DNA from: Chrysomallon squamiferum
Lineage: Eukaryota > Animalia > Mollusca
Length of the DNA: 64,000 nucleotides
NCBI GenBank assembly: GCA_012295275.1
Contig: CM022673.1
Location: forward strand, 2,542,001 to 2,606,000
Direction of reading: 5' to 3'
Part shown: piece after piece, positions 50,601 through 62,700 of the stretch
Numbering within the stretch: position 1 is the first letter of the stretch
How the letters are laid out: each line of letters starts with the position of its first letter
Notes under the pieces: model-generated
What the model was told of the DNA's origin: nothing
The model's input: only the letters and a program-made list of their open reading frames with translations
Databases searched by the model: none
Translations under genes and position numbers: made by a program

Positions 50601-53600
50601 GGGTTGTCTCTCTTGTCTTACAGACCTTAACAATATATATGACACAACATACTAAAAAAATAAGTGTTGGGTTTGTTTTACATAAAACCATGTCTGTTTT
50701 TGTACAGGTACATGTACTGGACTGACTGGGGAAAGAAGCCAAAGATTGAGAAAGCTGGGATGGATGGACGAGACAGAGTTGTTCTGATGAGGAAGAATCT
50801 CACCTGGCCCAACGGTCTCGCTATTGACTATGAGAAGAATCGCCTGTACTGGACTGATGCTGGGTCAAAGGTCATTGAATCCAGCACTCTAGAAGGTCAT
50901 GATAGAAAAGTAGGTCCTTGCTAATTTGACAGCTTTCTTAAATTATCTTAAAAATTGTCTATAACTGCTAAGAATATATATTTGCTTGTCTGAGGTGGAT
51001 GAAATCAGAGAAGCATGTTTAATGAAATATCAGTTTGTTTTTAATATGTAATAATCTGCATTTAAAATTTAAAAGAAGACTGAAATATTAATTAAAATTT
51101 GCATTATGTACCTAAAATACTAAACAGTTTTGTAACTTCATGACTGGGGATTTTTATTATTTATTTATTTATTTATTTATTTTTATTTTTTTTAATTTTC
51201 TTCTTGCATTTTATTTTTATTATCTTTGTTTTTATTTATGAGGATGATTGTTTGTTATATGTTCAGAAGTTTCTTTGTTAAGTATCCACACGTGGGATAA
51301 GAGAAATTTTTGCCTGATCTTTTTTATTTTAAATATTGTATTTAAAATCTTCTATTCATTTATCCCACCAATAACCTTTGTTCTTACGATTTTTTCTTAA
51401 CTTTAAATAATATTGTTTCAAAGCATATAGTCTTCTCTTCAATTATCTCACTCGTGACCTTTGTTTTTAAGAATTTTGTTATTTTAAATAATATTTTTTC
51501 AAACTATATAAAATCTTCCATTCATTTAACCCCTCCTAACCTTTGTTCTTCAGATTTTAAATAATATATTTTTTAAAACAATATAATTTTCTGTTAACTC
51601 ATCCCACTCATAACATTTGTGCTTAGGATTTTTCTTATTTTAAATAATATTTTTTCAAACCATGTTCACTTATCTGTGTTTTTAATATTAATTATTTATA
51701 TTGCAGAGTATCATACCACTCAGTCTTCAGCATCCATTTGGACTTGCTCTGTGGGGAGATATTATGTACTGGACAGACTGGCAGACTAAGAGTATTCACT
51801 ATGCTAACAAGCTGACTGGTCTGGATCAGGGCATTCTCCTGGCGGACATGGGTCACCTGATGGATATTCACGTCTTTCATCGCAACAGAGAATATGGTTA
51901 GTGATTCACAAAATATTTATCTAGCCAGTATTGTGTTTCTTAGTGTGATTGTACATTTTATCATGTTAATTTTATTATAGTTATTTTTTTAATTGTGAGA
52001 CATGTCTTTCATCGCAACAGAGAATATGGTTAGTGATTCACAAAATATTTATATTGCTGGTATTGTATTTCTAAGTGTGATTGTATTATTTATCATGTAT
52101 CACAGTTTGATTTGATTTTGTTGTTTGTTGTGAGATTCTGTGATTATAAAATACAAATGTGCTAAAGTCTGGTAAAGTAAAATATTCAATAATTTTGAAT
52201 TGCTTTTGGTGTATAATGTATATGTTTATATGTGTTAATATGTGTGTGTATGTTTTTATGTATTTGCATATCACTGATTCTTTATCATATTAAAGTAACT
52301 GAATCTGTTTCAGAATAGTACCAAACATAATAACAAAATGAAAATGTACATTAAAAGGATCTAACAATTTATCAACAACAAAAATAAACAAAACAAACAA
52401 AAAGATATTCTTATGAAGACATATCTGAAACCAAAATCCTTTTTTTTTTTCATTTCTTCACAAATGCATTTCTAAATTTGGAAATCTAAAACTGTATCTT
52501 TCTGTTTTAGTACCAACTGTTTGCAGCACACAGAATGGTGGCTGCAGTCACCTGTGTCTTGTTGCACCCCTCCCCCGGGGCCACTCCTGTGCCTGCCCCA
52601 CCGGTCTGCTGATGAAGGAAGATGGAAGAACATGTGATAATGGTAGGCAAACTAAAAAGACATTACTTTTATTAAAATATCTTATAATTTTACATTTATT
52701 TGTACTAAAAATGTGATCTGATTATTATTTATTTTTTAATGTTAATATATTAATTTTAAATATAATTTTTTTTTCTTCATAAATTTATTGTAATAATGAT
52801 GTCCTATTCTGTATAACAGTACTGATGTTTTATTTAATTTTAGTTTATTTATTAAATAGTAGATTTATTTCTATAAACTATGTTTCTGTTTGGACAGAAC
52901 TTCTTGTTTTATCTTTTGTTTAAATACTAATAATATCTGTGCGAGTGTGTGTATGCATGTGTGTGTGTATGTAATTGTGGATGTTTATTTTTTAAAAACA
53001 TTTTTATTAAGGAATCTGTGAAAAAAAGTTGTTTCTTTTGTTTAAGTATAATATTAATTTTATTTTTACTTTTTAAAAACAGAAATGAGAAACTTTTTGA
53101 TCTTCACTCGTCGTTCAGACATCAGGAAAATCTCTTTGGACATTGAGTATTACGCCGATGTTGTGGTTAACACTGGAAATATGAAAAACGCCATTGCAAT
53201 CGATGTGGACACACAAGAAGGTTTGTGTCACTTGTACAGTTCAGGATGTATATAATAAAATTGGATAGTTTTTTTTGTAAAAGTAACCTGGTTTTGTGAA
53301 TAACAAGTCCTTAATAAATTAGATCAAAAAATAAATTTGATAATTAATAAATTATAAGGTATGTGACTAGACTTCTAATATCTTCTTCCTACAATAATAA
53401 TAATGATAATGATGATGTTTGTTTGTGTGTGTGTCCGACATTTCAGGTATTGGCACATTCCTGCCTTTCTCCACTGTGTCAGATATCAGACAAGTATTAT
53501 TATAATGGCATATAATTTAATTTTTTTTTTTTTTTTTTACAATTATTTCAGCAAAGATGTACTGGACAGATACAGTTCTGGACCACATTGCTCGAGCTAA

Positions 53601-56600
53601 CCTCGATGGTTCTGACTATGAAATCGTCATCTCTGAAGGTCTGCACACAGCTGATGGGCTGGCTGTTGACGCCATTGGGCGCAAGATTTACTGGACGGAC
53701 GATGGACGGAACAGAATCGAAGTGGCTACACTGGATGGGAAGATGAGAAAAGTCTTAGTTTGGAAGGACTTGGACAAGCCAAGAGCTATTGCATTACATT
53801 ACGATGCTGGGTAAATGCAGTTACCATTCTTCATTGATGATAATTATTGGACATATATATGTAAAATGTGTGTTTTGAGAAGAAGTATGTTGTAGAGTAA
53901 TGTCCTATGCTGGTGGAACTAAAGTTAATATCACTTTGGTGAAGGACACTAAAATTATTAATAATAATAATATTAAATAACAGGAACAAGTCATGAAATT
54001 ATGTTTATTTTTCGTCTGATAGGTTATGGTACAAAATAAAATGCTGGATTATTATTTACTTCTAATATTTTAGAGACTGTATTGTAATAATTTAAACCTA
54101 CATTTTCCTTTAATTTAATATTTTTTTTATTTGTTTCAGTTACATGTACTGGACAGACTGGGGCAGGTTTCCAGCCATTGAGAGGGCAGATCTGAACGGA
54201 GAAAACAGAAAAGTTATTGTGTCGGAGAATTTAGTTTGGCCAAATGGACTGACCATTGACAGGCCAACGTCGAGAATTATTTGGGCCGATGCAAAGACAG
54301 AGGTAAAGAATTTCCTAAGATGTAGATGTTTACTTAAGTACAGTACTCATTGTGTCAGTGTATAGGGTTCCCAGTGTTTAAGGACACCAGATAAAGTTTA
54401 AAATATCATAGTCTGAAAGCACTCGTATTTAATATGAAGAGCACATGTAATTGATCCTCTCTGAGATTTCTTATGTCAGTGAATTGGTTATGTGTAAACA
54501 TTAAGTCTTTTTAAAAACAATATGTATATTTTTATAACTTTATCCTTTAAAAATTGCTCACGATAAAATTTGTGAGTATTTCAGTTGCACCCAAATGTCA
54601 AGAAGAGTTTGACTTTAATTTAAAAGATTTGTTTTGCTGACATAAATGCACTGATTTACAGGATGGAAAAATATAGTATTTTTTATTACAAAGATCTAGA
54701 TTTGTTTTTATATTTTAGTGTACAATTATTTTATATTGTAAATTTAACAGTTAAAGAAATAAGAAACAGTTTTCATTGCCCTTGATATTTCATTCATTTC
54801 ATTCTTGGAGCATTTCATTGCATATGTTTTTATTTATGCATATATTATTATTGTTGTTGTTGTTGTTATTTTATTTTATTTTTTTAAATCAGTTGATTGA
54901 ATGTGCTGATCTCCATGGTAACTATCGTCGGACCCTGGTAGGCCATGTGGCTCACCCATACGGCCTGACAGTGGCAGGCAACTCTATTTACTGGACAGAC
55001 TGGCAGGCCATGGCAATACACAGAGCCAACAAAAACACAGGATCTGACATTAAAGTCATCAGAGAAAACTTACCTGGCATAATGGACATCCATGCTGTAC
55101 AAATAGATAAAGGTTGTTGTTTTCAACTTTTTAATATTTCTAAAATAATACATATTAAACTTCATGAAATATAATTTATATTGTTACCTTTATTTTATTT
55201 TATTTTTTTTAATTATTATTATATATTTATTTATTTGTTTAAATTTTTGTTTTTATTATTATTTTGTTTTTTTCATTTAATAAAAGTCAACAGAATGATT
55301 CTTATTTAATTAAAATTTTTGATACTGACTGCAGTAATAATATTACTAGATTAAAATAATAATAATGATAATTTTTTTAAAGGAATCTTTCAAGAATTTT
55401 GTTTTAAAAAATACTATTTTTATACTAAAAAAAAATAACAAAAATATCCTAAGAGTTTTATTAACTGAATGAAATAAAAAAAAATTAAAAATTAGCTAAC
55501 AATATATGACAATTGTTGAATTAGCTTAAATCATGTAATGTAGAGAGAACAAAAATGACTAAAATTATTTTTAACAGAATTAATGATTATTTTCTTCTTT
55601 TTTACTCTCTCTCTTTATTTTTATTTTTAATTTTTAACTTTAAAATTTTTTTAAATTTAATTTGTTTTAGGTAGTCCATGGAATGTAACAACAGTGAACC
55701 GTTGTGGGAAGAACAATGGAGGGTGCAGTCACCTCTGTCTGTTCCACCCCCAGGGAATTTCATGTGCATGTCCTTCTGGCATTACAATGAAAGCTGACGG
55801 AAAGACTTGCAATGAAAGTGAGTTGTCAATTTTAGACTTTAATTTTCTAATACGTTTACTAGTAAAATGAGTGTGTGTGTTCATATGTGTATTACTTCTT
55901 TTATATATAAAAGAAGTTGTTTGAGTAAAATATGAACCAAATTTTGGGGATGGGGTGTTAAGATTCTTTTTATATTTTTTTATTTATTTACTTACTGATT
56001 TATTTATTTTTGTGTGTGTATGTAAAAACATTCACATATTTTGTTCTATGTTTAAACTCTGATCATTAATATTTAGATTTAATTGCTTTTTCTTTACTTA
56101 CTGTTTCAAATAAAATCAGTTTCAAATTTTGTAAAAACCAATAAAACACAGTGGTTTATATTAATGTAAAACTTGAATGTACTTTTAACAACATGACATG
56201 ACACATTAGCTGTTAGGTATCATACAAAAGTTAAAAAATAAAATAAAATAAAATAAAATGATGGTAGTATTCATGCTAATGTTATCTTTTAATTAAAGTT
56301 AAGAATACAATTACCTACTAAAATAATTCAGAATGTTTTCTTCTAATTAATCATACAGAATAGAGCAATAAAATTGGTTTTAATCTAAATAATAAAAAAT
56401 AAATGCCAAGTTAAGTGAAATATTACTGTTTATTTTTAATTAACAAATTAATGAATGTGTCACAGTTTCACCCAGAAAAAGATCCTTCCTTCGTAAAAAT
56501 ATCCTAGCTAAAGCTCTTTAATCAGCATTGTGCCATAGACAACATACATCATGGTACATAAATAAACTTTTCTTTGGAGCCATTTTGTTTGATGGAGCAT

Positions 56601-59600
56601 TGGGTAAACTGAGACACACTACAGGTGATTTTATTTTCCAACAGCACATTTTTGAAATATTAAACCACAGATAAAATCTGTGATTACCATTATTATTATT
56701 ATTATTATTATTATAAATTATTTTCTATTCAAAACAGTGCCAGATGCTTATTTGTTGTTTGCAAGTCGAGGCAGCATCAGAAGGATTTCCATGGATACAG
56801 ACGACTACACTGATGTGTACCTGCCTTTACCTGAGTTACATAATGTAATAGCAGTGGACTACGACATAAAAAATAACAAAGTGTATTACACTGATGTCTA
56901 CCTGGATGTCATCAGGTAATTAGTTTGCTTTTTGTAATTATTTAATAATTTTTAAATGAATGTTCATTTAGAAAAGAGAGTTTCACTGTGGAACTGTACA
57001 AAGTGCAGATCACTGAAATCTGACTGCACATCATCAAGTCTTTGTCTTTGACCTTTGTAATTGTTTTGTACGTCTAAAAAAAATATTAATTTTCAATCAG
57101 AACATTAAGACTACAACTTAATAAAACATGGTAATGAAATCTACCTCGGTATTACTTAGTATGTTTCTATGTTAATTTTGTTTATTAATTCTTGAGATGG
57201 TCAGTTTCTTTGTTGCATCTTTCTGCTGGCAGTGGCTCAGTGGTTAGGATGCAGGACTGAGACGAGAGTTGACAGGATCTACTCTTCATACAGCACACAC
57301 TGAGCTGTTTCCCAATCCAGTCACCACCTTAGATTCATTTGTCAAAAGACAACTGTTTTCCCTGTCTGTGTGAAGGTGTGAACAATACAGCAGTCTGAAT
57401 ACAGTATGTGCATACTGATGTAGAAAAGGCAATACTGAGTTCACTATTGTATGTGTTTTTAATTGTTTTTAACAGACGAGCTGACCTGAATGGCAGCAAC
57501 ATGGAAACAGTAATTGAGAAAGAGTTGTCTACGACTGATGGGCTTGCAGTTGACTGGATAGCTGGAAACTTGTACTGGACAGACACAGGTACTTTTCAAA
57601 AACCTAAATCTTTTATTTTTTATGCTTCTTTTCAAATTAAAACAAAATAATAATAATAAAAAATATTTCACTATTTTAATAGTTCATATTTATTCTGTTT
57701 CACAAGTAACATCAGAAACATAAGATTTTCTTGAAAATCATTCTTTTTAAATGATGTTTTCCTGAGCATAAATTTATATCAAAATCTCATTCTGTACACA
57801 AACATCAGAATGTCTTTTCACTATAATTGAATTAGTGGTTTTATGTTATATCCTGGGTCTGTTTACCATCTGTCAGTTTTTGGGGATAAACAGAACATGT
57901 TTAAATTAGATCTTTCTGATTTTCACCCAACAGGTCGTGATGTGATCGAAGTCTCTCGACTGGATGGAAGGTGCAGAAAGACTCTGGTGGTTGAGAATCT
58001 GGATGAGCCTAGAGCCATTGCTCTCTTCCCAAGCAAAGGGTGAGTGTCTTCAGTCTGAACTGTATCAGTCAGTATACATGTTCTGTGATTTCTTTTATAT
58101 TTTATAGACACACACACACAGGTAAATTTGTGGCAAGAATAATTCAGCAATTGTAAATATTTAAAATAAAAAAATTAAAAACAAAGTGAAATAAAATTCT
58201 TATTTTCTTCTCCTAATATATTTGTTTATATATCTGTTATTTTATGTATTTTGTATAAACAGATACTTTATAATTTGTATGAAGTCTAAGTTTATGGATA
58301 AAAGGCAGAAAGTGGTGGGAGTAAACACAGCAGCTGTATAAAATAATATTTTTGTATGTTTTTTATGCCCTCAGTTTCACAATTTCTTTCTTGCAGGTTG
58401 ATGTTCTGGACTGACTGGGGATTAAATCCAAAAATAGAAAGAGCGTACCTGGATGGAACTGGACGTAAAGTGATTATTTCATCTAATTTAGGTAAACAAA
58501 ATTTTTACTTTTCAGTATTTAAAATGGAATGTTTTAAATAATATACACAAAACTTGACACTTTATTAATAAAATACCATAAAATAACAATCTTGCAAAAC
58601 AGTTACGCTGTATTAAGTTTCATTATTTGTTGCCTCTTTAATAGTTTTTGAAATACGTATTTTACCAGTTTCTTTTACATAGTCTATTAATATTTTAAAA
58701 TATTTCTCCAAAATATAAATTCATATGATAATGCACTTTAAATTATCAGTATCATCATCATCATCATCATCATCATCACTGTAATAATTTTTATCATCAT
58801 CATTGTTATGTAAACTGTTACTGCAGGATTTCCTAATGGTCTTTCTATTGACTACGATGCTCTGCGCTTGTATTGGGTGGATGCCAAACTTGACAAAATC
58901 GTGACCTCTGACCTGAATGGGAAGAACCGAGTCACACTGATACATCAAGTACCACACCCATTCGGACTGACTGTTGTGAGTGTCACTTAGTTACCTTTCA
59001 AACAGTGAATCAGTTGGTTTTAGTCTACTGGTTAGAGTGCTGACATAACATGATACATGCTGAGATTAATCCTTTTTTTAAGCATCCATTGAGATATATC
59101 CTGTTCCAGCTGTTCCCTATATATATATATATACACATATATATTTTTATTATTATTATTATTAATATTATTATTATTATTATTATTATTTTATTTTTTA
59201 TTTTTATTATTATTATTATTATTATTATTTTAAAAATATATATATATATCTATTAGAATTATAATTAGCCATCATATGTGATTTCCGTTTTAGGTTCTTC
59301 TAACGCTAACAGCAATTGGATATTATTTCAGATTTCCCTTTTTCACTTTCATACTGTTTACACTGGACAGTGAGCTAATCTTATTTTGAATGTTTCAGTT
59401 TGGAGACTACATCTACTGGTCAGACTGGCAGACAGAAAAGATAGAGAGAGCCAGCAAACACAATGGAGGCGACCGCATGGTCATCCAGACTCGGTTAGAA
59501 GGTCTCATGGACATTCACATGGTTTCTCCTCTCTTACAGAAAGGTGTGAAGATTTTATTATTGATAATAGTGATGATGACGATAAATAAATATTTTTATA

Positions 59601-59701
59601 TTAATATGTAGTGTTAGTATCGTTAATAAAGATTAATAAAGCTTTATTCAGTCATTAATGAACTCTGAAAAAAGGAAAACGAGTTTTGAAAGTATGTTAT
59701 A

Positions 59702-59757
<56 letters not shown>

Positions 59758-62700
59758 AGTTTGTTGTGTTAATAAATACATCAGAATTTCAATCATTTTT
59801 ATTCTTAAATTATGAATTTAATAGTGTTTTTAAAATAATTTTTTAGTATGTATTAAGTTTTTTTATCCTTACTTTTTACCTTATTTAAAAACTACAGGAA
59901 CCAATGGGTGTGGTAAGAACAATGGCGCCTGCACTCACCTCTGTCTTGCAAGAGCAGATGGGTATGTTTGTGCTTGCCCCAACATTCCAGAGGGAGGTCC
60001 TTGCCTAACAGGTGAGATTTATAATTAAATAAATTACTGTCTTTAATTAATGCTGAATATTTATGCTCTTAGAAAAGAAAAGAAATTTAAAAATAATTAA
60101 AAAAAAACAACAGTAAAATAAAAATTAATTAAAAATAATCAAGTATAATATTCATTTAGATTAGTTCATTTATATTGGTAAACACTGATTTTAGGTTTAA
60201 TGTTTATGAAAATAACAAGCTTTGTTTTTTATTATTATTGTTGATTTGGTGGGTTTTTTTGTTTGTTTGTTGTTGTTATCCAAGATAATATTGTTATTTA
60301 AATATTTCTGTAAAATATACTCATGCACAATAAAGGTCTTTAATTTATTAACATTATTGTGATTGCATTAAGGTCATTGTAGTAATTGTAATAATAGCAG
60401 TAGTAGCTATAGATATACTACTGCTACTGTTATTACTGTTACTGTTACTGTTACTGTTATTATTTCAGTGCCAGTAGCAACAGATTTAAACCATTTTAAT
60501 ACTTTAGACATTGCCAACATTGATATCAACTCCAAACCTGACAGAAAACTGTGAGTTTTATACGTTTGTTTCAGTTAAAAACAAAATCTTGTTAAATACG
60601 ACATTGAACTACTTTTCATTCTTAAAGATTATTTAGTTTATTTTGTTATTCATTTATAAATGAAATAGTAGGATGATACTCAAAATATCTTGTGACATTT
60701 TATATTAAAATAAATGACAAATGTTGATAATCAGTTAACTTTTTCACTTTTGTTTTTCTTTTTCTGAAATGAGTAAAATACTGAATAAATTTTTTAACTG
60801 AAATTTAAAAAAAAAAAACATTTGTGTTTTGTTGGTTGGATTTGAAATTTTTTTTTTTTTATAATACTTTTTTTATTATTATTATTATTATTATTTCACC
60901 TTTTATTTTTCACACTGATGTTTGGTTTTATTTTTAATGTTACTTCATTTTTACAAATTTATTTATTGAAGTTTTTTTTTTTTTGTCAGAGTACTGAAAT
61001 ATTGTCAATATCAGATGCATTTTTAAAAAAAATATATTTATTGATTTTTTTTATGAAAAGTACCCATTTTTTATTTTTCATTTTCTTCTTTTTTTTTATT
61101 TATTTATTTATTTATTTATTATTATTATTATTTTTTTTTTTTTTTGGTCTGTATGCTGAAATAATTCCAATATTATATATTATTTTTGTTTTTGTTTTTT
61201 TATTTATGTGTATGTGTTTTGTTTTTTTCAGAGAATGTACACAAGCTGAACAAGCTGCTGGTCTCTGTGATGCAGATTCTCTCTACGTTGCCAACAACAG
61301 TAAGAACTAAGTTCATTATCCATGAACTGTATTGAAATTTATTCATTACATACCTTTGACAGTTTAGAACTGAAAATGTTGATTGTAAAACTTGCCATTG
61401 AAAATGATAAAGATGCTGTTTCTCATGACTTTTCTCATAGCGTTGTCCGGTTTTGATACAAGGATTGAAATATTAGTGTATCCTTTTAATAAAAGTAACA
61501 AATATGTGAAGTAAAATTGTTTATGTTGATGGATAAATTACAGTAAATTTATGAAAAAGATTACTTCAGTTAAATTATTTTTTTTTTCCAGGCAAACATG
61601 GTGATGGAATTTATATTGCTGTAGCTATAGTCGCTGCCATTGCACTTGTTATTCTCCTGATAATTTTTATTTTATGGAAAAGGTAAGAACAAAGATTTTG
61701 TCATTATATATTTTTTTTTTTTTTTTTTTTTGTCTTTCATAATAATATGTATATTATTTAGTCTATTTGAAAATGAAAATATGTGAAAGAGAGAGAGAGA
61801 GAATGACACCCATAGACTAACAAACAGATGAAATAAATTAGAGATAAGACATATTGATAAATATGTAGATAGATAGATAATAATAGTACTCAAACTTATT
61901 ACAGTTATATATCAGATACATTAGAGAATTTGACAGATGGGTTGATAGAGATAGAGATTCGTAAAGTATACTTTTAACAAAAACAAAACAAAACATCAAT
62001 CAAGTAGTGACAGTTAAAAGTTTCTGTTCCCAGACAGAGGAGGAGACAGTACAACATTGAAGAACTGACCACTCTGACGTACGCTAACCCATCCTACCAG
62101 AAAACCAGCACAGAGACCATCAACTCAGACATTCGAAACCAAAGAGGCTGGCAGATCTTCCGATACATCAAAAAAGACGTAAGCAATCCAAGTTTATATT
62201 AAAATTCAGTCTGTTATTTTATTTTTATAGTTTATTCTGTTATAATATAGTTCTGTTTTTCTTTGCTCTTTTCTTTTTTTTTCTTTGTTTTTTGACAATA
62301 GAGCTGATTTTTCAGAGGGTGTGATATATGTTTCCCTGTCAGATGAAGGATGAAAATAAAATTTAAACTATCCAGTATAAAATTAAAATAAAACAGAATG
62401 TAATTTAGATTGTAGATATAAATAATTTTTAATGTTTATAATATAACAAGATCTATTGTTTTTTGTTTTTTTTTGTTTTTTAATATTCTAAATGGTACAG
62501 GTTTTACACTTATACAGTAGTTTGAAAGTATTTAAATATTTTTCTTGTTACCATATTGATCATCATTGTCTTCATGATTATAGCAGTAGTAGAAGTAACA
62601 GTATTACCATGGTGATAATACAGCTGCCATTGTTACTATCATCATCTTATCATTGTTTTTATTACTGTTATTATCATTGCCGTTGTTGTTATCATTATCA

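Noticed and set aside
53700-53765. Conservation of residues equivalent to human sclerosteosis sites R1170/W1186 (NRIEV...VLVW)
   Set aside because: The same R...W pattern occurs in propellers 1 and 2 here, so it is a generic propeller feature and not evidence of sclerostin binding.
57228-57325. Possible tRNA gene
   Set aside because: An A-box is present but I could not form a cloverleaf and the B-box is degenerate; treated as a SINE-like remnant.
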